From assembly GCA_051362555.1 (NCBI GenBank), contig CM120640.1, positions 56,336,788 through 56,400,787 on the forward strand: a stretch of 64,000 nucleotides of DNA. The letters are read 5' to 3'. The first letter of the stretch is position 1; every line of letters starts with the position of its first letter. This document shows, in pieces, positions 20,235-33,000 of the stretch. The position numbers and the translations under genes are program-made. This stretch comes from Lingula anatina. Its lineage: Eukaryota; Animalia; Brachiopoda. The notes under the pieces are model-generated. The model searched no databases, had not been told where the DNA came from, and was given only the letters and a program-made list of their open reading frames with translations.

Positions 20235-23200
20235 ATGGCGGTTAATGTGTACAGCACAAGTGTCACATCAGACAATATGAGCAGAAATGACTTGATAGCC
20301 TGGATAAATGACAGTTTGGATGCCAATTTCTCGAAAATTGAAGAATTGTGTACAGGTAGATAAATATAGTCCATTGTTATTTATTGTTGTATTTTATTTT
20401 TTTTAACCATTTAGATGCAACTTTACCACGTTTCATAAGAATTTCCCTATTCACTGGTCATCCCAACTTATCCACTTGCACTATTGAAGAAATGTGATAT
20501 AGAAAATTTTCTTGCGTAACTTCAGAGTGCTGTTGCTTGACAATTAAATGCCCCCTACACTGGATTCAATGAAAATTACTTTGGTGCATATTATATGTCA
20601 AATGCATCATAACCATTTTATTCTTTTTGGTTTATCAGTGGATTTATGTCCAAAAAGACATGAGCTGTGTTGCCCTTTTTGCTGTTCATAGGCACTGTTG
20701 TCATCCAAATGTATGGTGTCATTGAAGGTCTTGTAAAACAGACAAAATGTAATATAGATATTGATATAACATACACTTCAACTGGTGGATTGATTAAACA
20801 TAGTCATCCTCTTGTTAAATGCACATATTTTGGTCTCTTTATAGGTTCAGCCTATTGTCAATTTATGCACATGCTTTTCCCTGGTAAGTTATTGTTTTAC
20901 TAATTTTTAAAACAAATAATAATTTGACCATTAAAGTGATGGCAACTTTACCAATTTTTCAAAGTTTCACTCCATTTGTAGATTTTCAATGAATGGTAAC
21001 ACCCAAGGGGGAGTTTGTTAGATGTTTATGTTCAGATGCTTATTCAATACCATATGGCGAGTTTAAAAAGTGTGTAGATGCTTTGTTAAAGAGAAAATTG
21101 TAAGTATTGGCCATAGTAACAATATGGTTTTGCAGTTAACTAGCTGACCGCTCCCCTTACAGGCTCTATTTCTTTGAAAAAAGTCAAAATGAACACCAAA
21201 CTGGAGCACGAGAAAATAGCTAACTTCAAGGTGCTACAAGACAGCTTCAGGAAAATGGGGGTAGATAAGGTGGGTTGGAGGGGACCACGAGAGAAACCCC
21301 CAGAGAGAAAGACAAAAAAATTGGAGGTTTTGATTTCTGGTTGCCATTTCATCAATAAATTGGAAATTTGACCTTATGACAGAGATGTTTTCTGAAATGC
21401 TCCAGTTGGCAAAACCTCTAATGCTGATATTGTGTTGTTATGTACATGCAGCTGAAAGTATTGTAAAAAAAACAACCATGGCATTATCTATATTTAATAC
21501 AGTCTGGTTGACATATTTACAATATTATCAGTTATGGAGGGAGAAGAGAGGGAGCACGCTATTGGTACTAACTCCTCTTACAAGAAAGGTTAACACAAGA
21601 GGGACTCCTCTTACTTTCCAAACACTGCTTACTCAAAGTCAAGTGTGGAGTTAGTCAAGTGTGTGGTCCCTCTCTTTGAATCCATGTTTAAACAGCTGAC
21701 TGCCAGTGCAGGATGCATGTCTCAGATCCACTGAGGGGAGGCTTCAGAGGGACATACTCAACTGTTATCCTTTCTGTTCAACTTCTATTGCAGGTTCTAT
21801 TTCCTTAAGAAAAGTCAAAATGAATACAAAATTAGAACATGAGTATATAAATAACTTCAAGACTCTCCAGGCCTCCTTCACCAAAACGGGGGTTGATAAG
21901 GTGAGTGCGGTGTGCACTGGGGAGTGGACTGGGTGACAATGGACACCATCCTTTCTGGACTCTGGACAGTGTGGAAACATTTGTGAGAGACTGGAGTTAT
22001 CCTTAATATTATATATTATAGGCTGTATTTTGGAATTAAAAAAAAGCCAAACAACAGTCATGTTAGCCCCCGCTTTATTATTTTGACACCACCCCATATT
22101 CCATCCTCTTATGCTGGAAGTTTATTAAGCAACAAGTGTATTTTAGGACTTATAATCTAAAATGCATGAATACAACAGAAGCATTGTTCACCTGTATCTA
22201 GGTTCAAAGCATGGGTCCAAGGGATAGATGTCACCAACCCGGTTCAATTTTCTGCCACTGCTTGCCTCACTAAATTGGTGATAATTGTTGTGCACAGTTT
22301 TTCTAATCATTTGTAATAATTTGTTTTTCAGTGCTGTGTCTGCTGTAGTTAGTGCTCAGTAAAGCTTCACTTCTTTTTATGTACAGACACAGATGTGTCT
22401 GTACATATTGCCATCACCCGCGTCTGTCGTCGCCATCGCCGTCGCCGTGCACTTTCAGCGTTAACACCATAAGTGGAAGACAGTTTTGCTTTTTGGCTTT
22501 ATATTTACAGAGCTGATGAATATTCATAAAACACAGGTCAAGTTCGAAAATCAGCATGATCGGGCCATTATTGTAGAATTTATGCTGTTTTTTCACTTTT
22601 CAGCATATATGCAACCTTGTAAACACATTTCAAGGAAAACCGTTAGGCTTGTTGTCACGAAACTCACAGGAGTAATCAATCTTACTAAAACGCAGATCAA
22701 GTTCGAAAATCAGCATGATCGGGCCACTATTTTAGTAGTTATGCTGTTTTTTCACTTTTCAGCATATATGCAACACTGTTAACACATTTCAAGGAAAACC
22801 CATAGGCCTGTTGTCATGAAACTCACAGGAGTAATCAATCTTACTAAAATGCAGGTCAAGTTCGAAAATCAGCATAATCGGACCATTATTTTATAAGTTA
22901 TGCTGTTTTTTCACATTTCCTCAGATTCAATTCTTAAGCATGTTAACAGTCTCATTATTTAATTAATAAGATATGTAAAAGTGTTTGTTTGACATTTCCT
23001 GCATCTTTACAACATTGTTAGTTGATTACTTAAAAATGATGGTAAACTTGTAATCGTGTATTGTGTAATAAAGTTTCAAAAATGGAAATAAACTCATATC
23101 ATTGCAGTTTGTAAGATTCAATCATTCACTATGTTCAGAAACTCAGAATGGAGGAAATTGGACATTAAACACTTTTCTATTGATATTTTTCCCATCTCAT

Positions 23201-25602
23201 CAATTTTCTTAGTTGATCATATATAAATGGCAGTAAATTGTTAATTTTGTTATATGTTAAAAAATTGTTAAAAGTGGAAAAAATAAACACATTTCAGGAC
23301 AGTGCTGTCTTGTTTACATTTTGGCATTTTCAAGTTGTGACTTTGAAGTTCCATGGGCATGAAGACCTTTGCTAGTCACATTTTCTGAATATCCATAATA
23401 CTAATATTTTATTATTAAAAATTGATGGTCATTATGCTGTTAAACGTTATGTAATATTGCATCAAAATTTGGAAAAAAAATATTTTGGGCACTGCTCCCA
23501 TGATGACCATTTAAGAAAAATCATGTCACTTACTGTTCTCAAACTTACAGGAAAGAAACATGGGACTTAAATACAGCTTCAGTAGGCAATGCAGTCTGTT
23601 TGGTAATTCTTTCTGCTAGTTAAAGTTTTTTTTTTTTTTTGTGAAAATTTAATTTTTCACTTATTGGCATTTTCAAGGTGTGACTTTGAAGTTCCATGGG
23701 CTTGAAGACCCATGCTAGTCACATTTTCTGAAAATCCATGATACGTATATTTTATTATTTAAAATTGACGGTCATTATGCTGTTAACCATTATGTAATAT
23801 TGCATCAGAATAAGAGAAAACACAATTTTGGGTGCTGCTGCCATGATGACCATTATGGAAAACCATGTTACTGATGATTGCCAAACGTTCAAAAAAGAAA
23901 TACAGGACTAAAATGCAGCCTGAGTTGGAAGAGCAGTCTAATTGGCTTCTTTTTCTGGAAGTTATACATTTTCAAAGTGTGAACTTGAACTGCCATGGGC
24001 CTGAAGCCTTATGCTTGTTACACATTTTACTTACATTGGTATTACCTGTTGAGCATAATTAAAATTTGATGTTGAATTTGCAGTTTAACATAATGTACTT
24101 TTGCATCAGAATTGACAGTAGCCTATTTTGTGCATAGTTATTTCCGCTTTTTGTCTGTACATTTGACAGCTTTGCTGCCTTGTTGTATTCCCTGTTCCTA
24201 TTTTTACCTTAAGTTTTTTTTTTCTTCTGTATTTTTCAATATGTATCTTGTGACAAAAATTAACATTATGCAGCAAATTGTTCCTTGTATGGGCAGGCTT
24301 TGTTTAGATGTTGCTCGGTTGTTGGTGTTAGCATGTGCTGTAATTTTGCATTAATGTCACAGTCCTATAATATGTGACATAATTGAATGAGGCAAACAAA
24401 ATTTTCCAGGTAGTTGAAATTTTATTTTTGTTAGTATGATAATCTATTATCTTATAGACTAGAAAATAATTTATTACTGCTTAGCACTTTTTTTAATCAG
24501 TGCACCCTGATTTTGTAGAGTTAGTAGTTGCTAATAAAATCCCATGTGAATGCAAGATACAGTATAACCAATTAACAGTTAGTATTTTATGAAACAATGA
24601 CTTCTCTTATAAGTTCTTATTTCTCATTAATACATCTTTGACTTAAAATGTACTTTTTCTTTTTTCTGTGAAACTTTCTAGATTGGTTTTATGAGTGTTT
24701 TAAGTTGTTTTTATGTTAACCTACACGTTGGCTTTTTTTACTATCACAGGCATGAATGCACATTCTCTTAATTTTATTCATTAATGACCTTTTTCATGGA
24801 TATTGTTCTTTCTGGTATAAGCAAGATATAAGAGAGGACAAAAAAATGAAAACTACCTTTTACAGGTCAGGACTTGTCACCTTGTAATGTCATGATGAGA
24901 GGTCTTTGATTACTAAGCAGTATGTTGAAATTACTTTCACTGGAAATTCTACTGTAGTTTAGTTATGAAACTTAAATTCAGCATGTTGGACAAAAAACCT
25001 GCATGTAATGAAATTACTTATTTGAAAGTATATGTCTTTTTATGTACCATAAAAAATAGACATTCTGTGTGTTATAGATCATCCCGGTGGAGAAGCTAGT
25101 CAAGGGTAGGTTTCAAGACAACTTTGAGTTTGTTCAATGGTTTAAGAAGTTTTTTGATGCCAACTATGATGGCCAGGAATATGATGCCCTCAATGAACGT
25201 GGAGGTGAGCCACTAGGTGGTGCAGGAGGAAAAGGTCCAGCAAAAGCCATGCCCAGGTCTATGGCAAGCAGGCCCACAAAACCTGTTGGAGGTAGGATTC
25301 TGTGAAGTAGCAAAATATAATTTGGAATGGTTTAATCTCTGGTCTTTGAAGCAGCTGTCAAGTAAGGGTAAAAGTTGCTATATGACTTCATGACTTGGGG
25401 GTAGGTGACAATATGTAAAAGAGGTTAAGCTGTTCAATCTCAAATTTGCTGCATGTCCTATGAGATGATGAGAGGTTTCCGTTTTCCAAATTTAGGAGTG
25501 CTAGCCTGCCCCAACCCTTTCTCCTGTTAAATACTCATGCAGACACTGACATGTGAAGACCATTGTCAATAAAGATACATTTTATAAAGGAAAAGGCTGT
25601 AT

Positions 25603-25641
<39 letters not shown>

Positions 25642-27055
25642 TTTGATCACCAAATGCCTATCAATCAATTGTTATGTTGAAATATATCCAGGCTGAAATC
25701 TGAAATACCCTATTTAAAATTTAATGTTGCCAGTATCAGAAATGTAATTCCTCTTTTACTGCATTTACAGTGGTGAAAAGTACACCAGCAAGGGGTGCAT
25801 CTGCAGGAATGAAAACGGCACCAAAAGCAATGGGAGATCAGTCACATAAAATAATAGAATTAGAAAATGAGGTATCCAGTAAAAACATGCAAGATTGTTA
25901 CATGTTAAGAATGTAATTTCATTGTAAATACTTGAATACTGCCTTTAAATAGTTACTGTACATGTACATATTTTCAAATGAAATTGTCTGGACTTCTATT
26001 TAGGGTTTGACAAGTCCGTGCAATTTTCAATGTAGATAATGGTCCATATTGTCGTGTTATTTAAATATTGTTACTTTCAATTTAGACAATCTAACATTTG
26101 CAGATTAAGGAGCTGGAAACAACAGTCGAAGGCCTAGAAAAGGAGAGAGATTTCTACTTCGGCAAACTTAGGGACATTGAAGTGTTGTGTCAGGAGCATG
26201 CAGAACTTCCTTTAGTAAAAAATATTATGGATATTTTATATGCGACTGAGGTGAGTTCACAGGTCAAAGTTCCAAAGAAAGGATGTTTTTTTTAAAAGCT
26301 AAATCCCTCTACTTTTGTTTTTGTAAAAAATTGGAAACATGTCAAAAATGTCCATGGTTTTCTGAAAAGGAAAAAACGTTTGAAAAATAGTAGTGTGATG
26401 GTCCCAGAACTGAAATTAAAAGAAGAAAGTTGACAGCTCTTAACCCCCCCCTTTCAAGAAGCCTAAATTATGATCATATTTTGTGGCAGAAGTTAAATGA
26501 AAATGTGGAAGAGATACTTGCCAATATGAGGAAAAATGGGTGTTGAGACTAAGTTAGAAATGTTGGAGAGGAGGGGTTTAAGAAATTATCAGATCTGCTG
26601 GACTTTTGTTGAATTTAAATTTGACATAAGAAAACCAATTATTATTATTTTTAATCTGCCCGACTTTATATTGTACATTATTTTAGTGTTCTGAAAACTT
26701 GGAAACCTTATTCATATTAAAATTAAGTTAGATTGAATTGCATTTTATATGTATATTCTGTGTATACAACATTCTAAATAATGCATAGAAAATCAGTAAG
26801 AATAGAGATGGCATTTTTGTTCAGAACAAGAGGTTAAGCTCACAAAGGGAAGAGTATAGAAAATGCTGCCAAGATTGGTTTCAGTGAGCGTATTGTTCCA
26901 ATAATTTGTTCCTTGTGTCTTTGGAAATTTTTTGTCCTGATTGCTAAGGAAAAAATCTTTCTATCCATGTAATATCTGTATATCAAACAGTATGTTCCAT
27001 TCTTCAGGATGGGTTTGCACCTCCAGAGGGTGAAGCAGGAGAGGAGGAATATTGA
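20235..27055 (+). CDS. MAPRE1: Microtubule end-binding protein EB1 (RP/EB family), 258 aa with either exon 3A or 3B
   Basis: Exons 20235-20355, 20845-20883, [21163-21269 or 21794-21900], 25078-25291, 25771-25871, 26104-26250, 27008-27055 (777 nt). [17 protein letters not shown]..., CH domain [25 protein letters not shown] domain [18 protein letters not shown]-terminal EEEY. Invertebrate gene, not a specific orthologue of one vertebrate paralogue. Confidence 0.97.
21163..21269 (+). CDS. MAPRE1: EB1 alternative exon 3A ([36 protein letters not shown])
   Basis: 107 bp, CCTTACAG acceptor, AAG|GTGGGT donor, phase 1 to 0, open frame. Confidence 0.85.
21794..21900 (+). CDS. MAPRE1: EB1 alternative exon 3B ([36 protein letters not shown])
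   Basis: 107 bp, TATTGCAG acceptor, AAG|GTGAGT donor, same phases as exon 3A. Confidence 0.9.
22378..24180 (-). mobile_element. Family A HINE-like element in an EB1 intron
   Basis: Same terminal hairpin (22378-22407), three 160-bp units (~22534, 22694, 22853), and a body that is reverse-complementary to ~150-2148. Confidence 0.75.
25600..25644. repeat. (ATTT)n microsatellite
   Basis: About 11 direct copies. Confidence 0.9.
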
Positions 27056-28887
27056 CCACACAGACACTAGCTGAAACTGCTCCTTCCTCTCTGTACTTAT
27101 AAGCTTGGACAATATATACATTCTACCATCAATTCTCCATTGTTGAAAGTGAAATTACAACTTTAATGGTACAAAGGGAGAGATTGGCATCATTGGAGGC
27201 ATGGGATCTAAATTCCAACAAAGAGCTTGGCTGTCTTTCTATGTTGTAATCAGATTTGCTGGAAAAAGTGGAACAGAAATGGATTTTATGTGTGAGCAAG
27301 TGCTATATATTGAACAATGTTTATTTATTTACTTATTTATTTATTTATTTGAGGCATGAAAATTTTTGGTTTTGATTGGAGCTATATTTATCAGCAGCAT
27401 GGTACACTGGATAATGAATATTCAGTCTACACTAAATAATTATGTCCCAAAGCTGGCAGGTGAATAGTTTCTTACATTATGCTTTGTCTTGGATGGATGA
27501 GTGTGAAATGAATAAGAACTATTGCAATTACAAGGTTCTAACAGAGGAACTCGTGATGGTACCTGGTTTTTGAGCAGAGAAAAAGTGAGAGCTTAAGACA
27601 ATCAAAGACCATGTTTCTCTGTAAATGGTAAATCTGAAAGTTGAAAAGTGGCCTTGAACAACAGGTTTTCCTGTCTTAATCCCTTACATTTTAATCTATA
27701 TTATTCATTTATTTATTTTTCAGAATATTGAAAGATAGATTTACAAATTTGCCAATAAAAAAAAAGCATATAATTGGTATTTGTAAAAAATCTCGTACCC
27801 GATGTCTTCCGTACTATCTGTGGCATTTTTCTCATTGGTGTAATCATTACCTATAGCGTGTAGTTTTCCATTATAAATAACACTTTTGTATAAATCTCAG
27901 AGAGATCAATTTGTTGCTTTAATCTGCGATTAAAAATATTGTAGTACTGGGTCTCCCAGCATTTTACATGCGACTATTTATGTTGACCTTGCTTTACTTT
28001 TTGAGAAAAAAAGTAATCTGTTGCTTTTATTTCTTTAAATTTATTTTCAGTAAATATCTGAATTTGAAGACCAGTGTTACAGTTTGTTTGTGATTACCAA
28101 TTATTGCCAAGCATAATCCCATCATTGGTAGTTCTTCATTTACAATGTGCATATCGCATGTGTATTTATTAGGCCACAAACCAATGTACAGTGTAAAAAG
28201 TTTATTTGCAATTAAAGTACATCTTATAATCTTATTCATGACTTTTTCATAATTGATATGCAAACTTTACAAGATGTAACATAATTGTAGAAAGAGTCCT
28301 CATGTTATCTAGTTACTGCACTACCTATTTAAAAATTTTTACATGCTGCTGCCAGGACTTTAATGACTTGCCACTTTCATTTGCTGTTTCCTCATAGCAC
28401 AGATATGACTATTAGCAATTTAAACTAAAATAATGAATCTTAATCACTGATACAATTAAAGCATTAGGTTCAAGAGGGTGTGAAGGCCTCTTCACTATCG
28501 ATAGCAGCCAGTAAAAAGCAATACACTCCATAACCAAATATTTCTTCTGAATTTGTAGACATCTTGCATCTGCTCAATGTCACAGGCTAGGCTGTAACAG
28601 CATGCATTAAATGTAATGCATTTCCATTAACAGCGCTAAAACCACATTTTTCACTCTTTTTCATTTTAGATATTAAGTCCATTTGTAAGCATCCAAAGAA
28701 CTTGAGCAAATGTAATTTTAACTATTGCATGATTTTTCAACTGTCCACATTTTACAAGGTGATAGAACATTTAGTTTTATTGATAAAGTTTGATTTATAA
28801 ATAAACACACTTTATTTTTATTCATAGTGACAGTCCTGTAAACTTTGCAACAAAACTGAACATTTATTTAGCAAATGTGTATCAATA

Positions 28888-30012
28888 TACTAGCAAAAAA
28901 AAGAAACGCAAGACTTTTTTTCTGTTTGTCTATGGTTTTATGAGTCTATTCTTCCACCAGTGCAGCTCTTAACTGTATGATGGTGGTACGTTGTGGCTGG
29001 CATTTAAGAAGTAGTCTGCCCAGTTCATCCCAGACATGCTCAGGCGCTCCTGCTAGGGCAAGTGTAATGTTGGGTGTTGATGCTTGATTGCCACAATCAT
29101 CACAAGTTCTGTCTGGAAACAGCCACACATGCCCAACCAAACCACATCACTATGCCAATGGCACATCCACTGTCCAGATCAGACACTGTGGTATAATATC
29201 AGCATGGAATGCAATCTCATAAACTTGGATTTCTGATTCCAGTGTCCACTAGCATTGATTGTAGACAACTGAATTATGTAAGACTTGTCCCAATTTGTAT
29301 CCAGATGTCTGAAAATCTAAAGCCAACCAATGTCTGGAATCATTCTATTGTAGGATTGAAATGTTGCACTGTTACTGAATACAGTGACCATACTAACATG
29401 TGCACATTTGAGCATTTTAAGGGTATTGTGACCCTTTATTATCATCCAGATACTGAAAATGAGTTTTTCCTTGCACCTAATTATCTTTGTGCTGATTCAA
29501 AAAGAAAATTTGAGGGGAGATAGCAAACGGTATGGGGTGTAACTTCATCCCTGAACAAGATTTTATCACAAAAGTTGGCAGAGTTGACCATGGGTGTAAG
29601 GGCTACAATCCCGTGAGATCATTTTGGTTTAAATGTTTTTGTTTAAGAGTTATGAGACCCTTATTACAGATTTGCATTAAAGAAATACATTATTTTGCTT
29701 TATCAACAATAAAATCTGAACCAAGACTTAAAAGAAAAATGCTGGCAGTATTCTGGAGTACTTAGTGGTGTCATTAAATCGGCATTGAAACAGTGTTCGT
29801 GGGTGGGGGGGGGTGAAATTTTAGAAACCGATTTTTTAGTTTTTACCCCAAAATCACAATTATGACGTCACCTGTAAGATGGCATGTGTAAATGTTAATT
29901 AATTTAGTCACTGAACACAGAATACTTATCTATTACCCAAAAGAATATATAATGTAAGGCTGTGGACAAAGGCTGATGATATCCTTAAAGCACTGAGGTC
30001 AAAACAAAAACT

Positions 30013-30043
<31 letters not shown>

Positions 30044-30046
30044 GTA
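28888..30046 (-). mobile_element. Decayed Tc1/mariner element
   Basis: TA-flanked degenerate TIRs TACTAGCAAAAAAAAGAAACGCAAG / CTTGCA(T)nAGTA. The minus strand encodes PEHVWDELGR...LRAALVEE, typical of the Tc1 transposase C-terminal region. Frame is broken. Confidence 0.75.
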
Positions 30047-30070
30047 TATTTACATCACCCAGTATAAATG

Positions 30071-33000
30071 TCACTGTAATTCTTCGAGCTGTATGTAGGA
30101 TGTTACTGTCACTGGTGGTAGTGCCTGCCCTTCAAGATAACATGACTGTTGGCTTTTGCCATTTGTATTCATATCTTCTTCATGCAATAGTGTCTGAGAA
30201 CATACATGTACATGTGCACTCTTCTTGTAATTTATTAATGGTAGCTGCTGCAGAGGGTCTTCACAAATCTGAGTTTCTTCATCCTTTTTTATTTTTTGAA
30301 CTGTCTGCCCAAGGGCCAAAGTCAGCTCTGGTTTGAATGCAAATTTGCTGTAATAGTCATTGTGTGCCTTTGTTGGGATACTCTCATTGACTGCAGCTTC
30401 AGCTCGTGTGTTTGAGATCAGCTGCTTATTACTGGAACAAACAATAAAACTTACTGAAATGTATGATGTTTCTCCTCTCTTTTCTTCATCCCATTCAGGC
30501 ATATTTAAGTGTCATTTTATATAATTGTGCATTAACCAGTTGTACACAAAATACCAAATGGGTAACTGATGAAAAGTATAACTTAATATCTAATCCAAAC
30601 TACGATATATTAAGTGTATTGGTTGTTCCTAAATAAACCCTCACCTTTCATCAAACTGATCAGAATTCAAATCATTAATATTCTCGTCTGACTTGGCCTC
30701 AACAACCATCAAAGTGTCAGGGTTGCCAGATGAACTGCTCTCCTTAGAGTACACATGGTATGGTATACCATAAGTGCTATTTTGCCTTGAAGGAAAAGTT
30801 TCTTCACTCACATGTCCACTGTCCACACTGGTCTGCCTGATCACTTGGAGGGCAGGGTTCTGCAAGGAATAAAACCACAGGCATATGTTTTGTGCCATGC
30901 CATGATACAAGAAATGAAGTCTCTTCATGTGTAGTAAGACTAACACCCCATTTCCATAGATTAGATCGACCTACTTTGGATCGACCTAACTCCCTGGGGG
31001 TTTGCGCTGAATAGCTGTCAGCCAGGCGGACACGAAAGTTAATTGCCCCTTACGGCTTGTAGTGGGCGGGGACGGACACTTAAAGGGATAATAACTCTTC
31101 GTTTTGGCCAAAAAATGAATTTTCCTGGAGTAAACAACAATTTTCCCATACTTACCAGTGGTTAATGAATCCATTTTTACATTCAAAGTTAGTCCCTGGT
31201 TTTTTTCTAAAAGGTTTCGTTTTTTTGTTAAAATCTCTTAAAAGAGATAATAACAGAGTATAGCCATCAATGGAGGTCACGTGATCTAAAGACAAGCTCA
31301 GATATCAGAATAATAGCTATAACTGCTGTTTTTGTCGTAAAACAGAATATATTATATTTCTATGAGTTATTCACAATGTTTTTATTGTGAAATATAGATC
31401 TCATACGAAGAGTTATTATCCCTTTAAGGGGGATTATCTGACGGTAGTCTGGTGAGACTCCCTGCGGTGATAGATCGATCTAAAGTTGTGGGAATAGACC
31501 CTAACAAAGGTGACAATGAAAAATACTGGAAAACATACAGTAATTCAATTCAATTTAGATTACGTTAATATTCCTTGTTAATATTACAATTTAATGGTAC
31601 AAATGGAGATTACCTCAGAATCTTGTCCATATTTTTTCATTTCTCCATCAAAAGATGCTTTCTCTTTATTACACTTCCCTTGCTCAGCATTCTTCAGTGT
31701 GAAAGCAAAGAACACACTGTCACTGTTAATTGTAGCATCATCAAAATCAAACATTTTCTCTTTCAGTAAGTCTGGAGAGGAGGGAATGCCACAACCTGAA
31801 TCTGGGCGAATTTGTTTCCTGTCCAGTAAGAAATATTTGGTATTATCTTCCTGTGAGAGGTAGAAAGGGCTTGCCACCTATAGAAGATAGAGATGAAATT
31901 TTGTTAACTCACTCATTTTCAACTCTGTTATAAGGTTTAGTCATATTTTATACTTGGACCTAAAAACAAGAGTTATTTTGTCCATGTACTTTACAAACAT
32001 TTTTAATTAGATTAAAAAGCATTTCTCACTATAAATATTTACAAAAGTATTTACCTCATTTTCTTTTAAACATAATTCCACAGGTTCTATTGGATCATCT
32101 GGCAATGTTATCACAATCTTAGAATACACATACTTGAAACAATGATGCCAGTACCTAGATATAATCAGCAAAAAAAAAAAAAAAATAAATAAATAAATAA
32201 AATTGAATTAAAGATAAATATTAACATTTTTTGTACAATGCACTGATGGAAAATCTGCCCCCCCCCCCCCCCCCCATAAATTGGGATAACTATAAGACTG
32301 ATGTATTCTTGTGAACTTTATTTTTTAATGATGGTAACATGATTTTTAACACCTGAATTTAAAAATACATTTAAACATAAATATTATCAATAGTAAAATT
32401 ATGGCAAGCTGCATTTTCCCCTTTTTCCCAGCATCACCTAAAACATGAGTAAATCCCAATCCCCACCATGGTGATGGCTACAATAGTTCCCCCTGCAAGT
32501 CCACCTATCTCTGAATTGGTCAGACCTAGGTAAAAAAAACTGAATCAGTTTAAGGCATACAATATGCATATAATGCATGCTGGACCTTCCTCTAACAAAA
32601 AAAAGGGGAGACTTGGAAACTTGTGCAGCTTTTCTTTTATCAACAAGGTTTAAAGAAAGTTATGCAAAATCCATTTAATTTACCCATGGTCATAGCCTTC
32701 TGAGGGGGCCGGCTAAAAGGACCTTTCCCAGCCTCCGAGACTGCTTGTATTCTGACACAGTAGGACTGCTTAGGAGACAAACCTCTCAGGATATATGAGG
32801 TAGTCAATTCTGACAGTACCTTAACAGTTGTCCACTTAGTCAAATCTGGAATGGTTCTCAAGGATTTTTATAAGATATTCTTCAAATGAGTGAGTGCTGT
32901 TATTACCACCTAAATTCCAATAAAACTGATAGATTTCATATCCAAAATTGATGTTATGTTAGTGATGTTTAAGGAATTCTGAATACTGCCTTTGGTTCAC

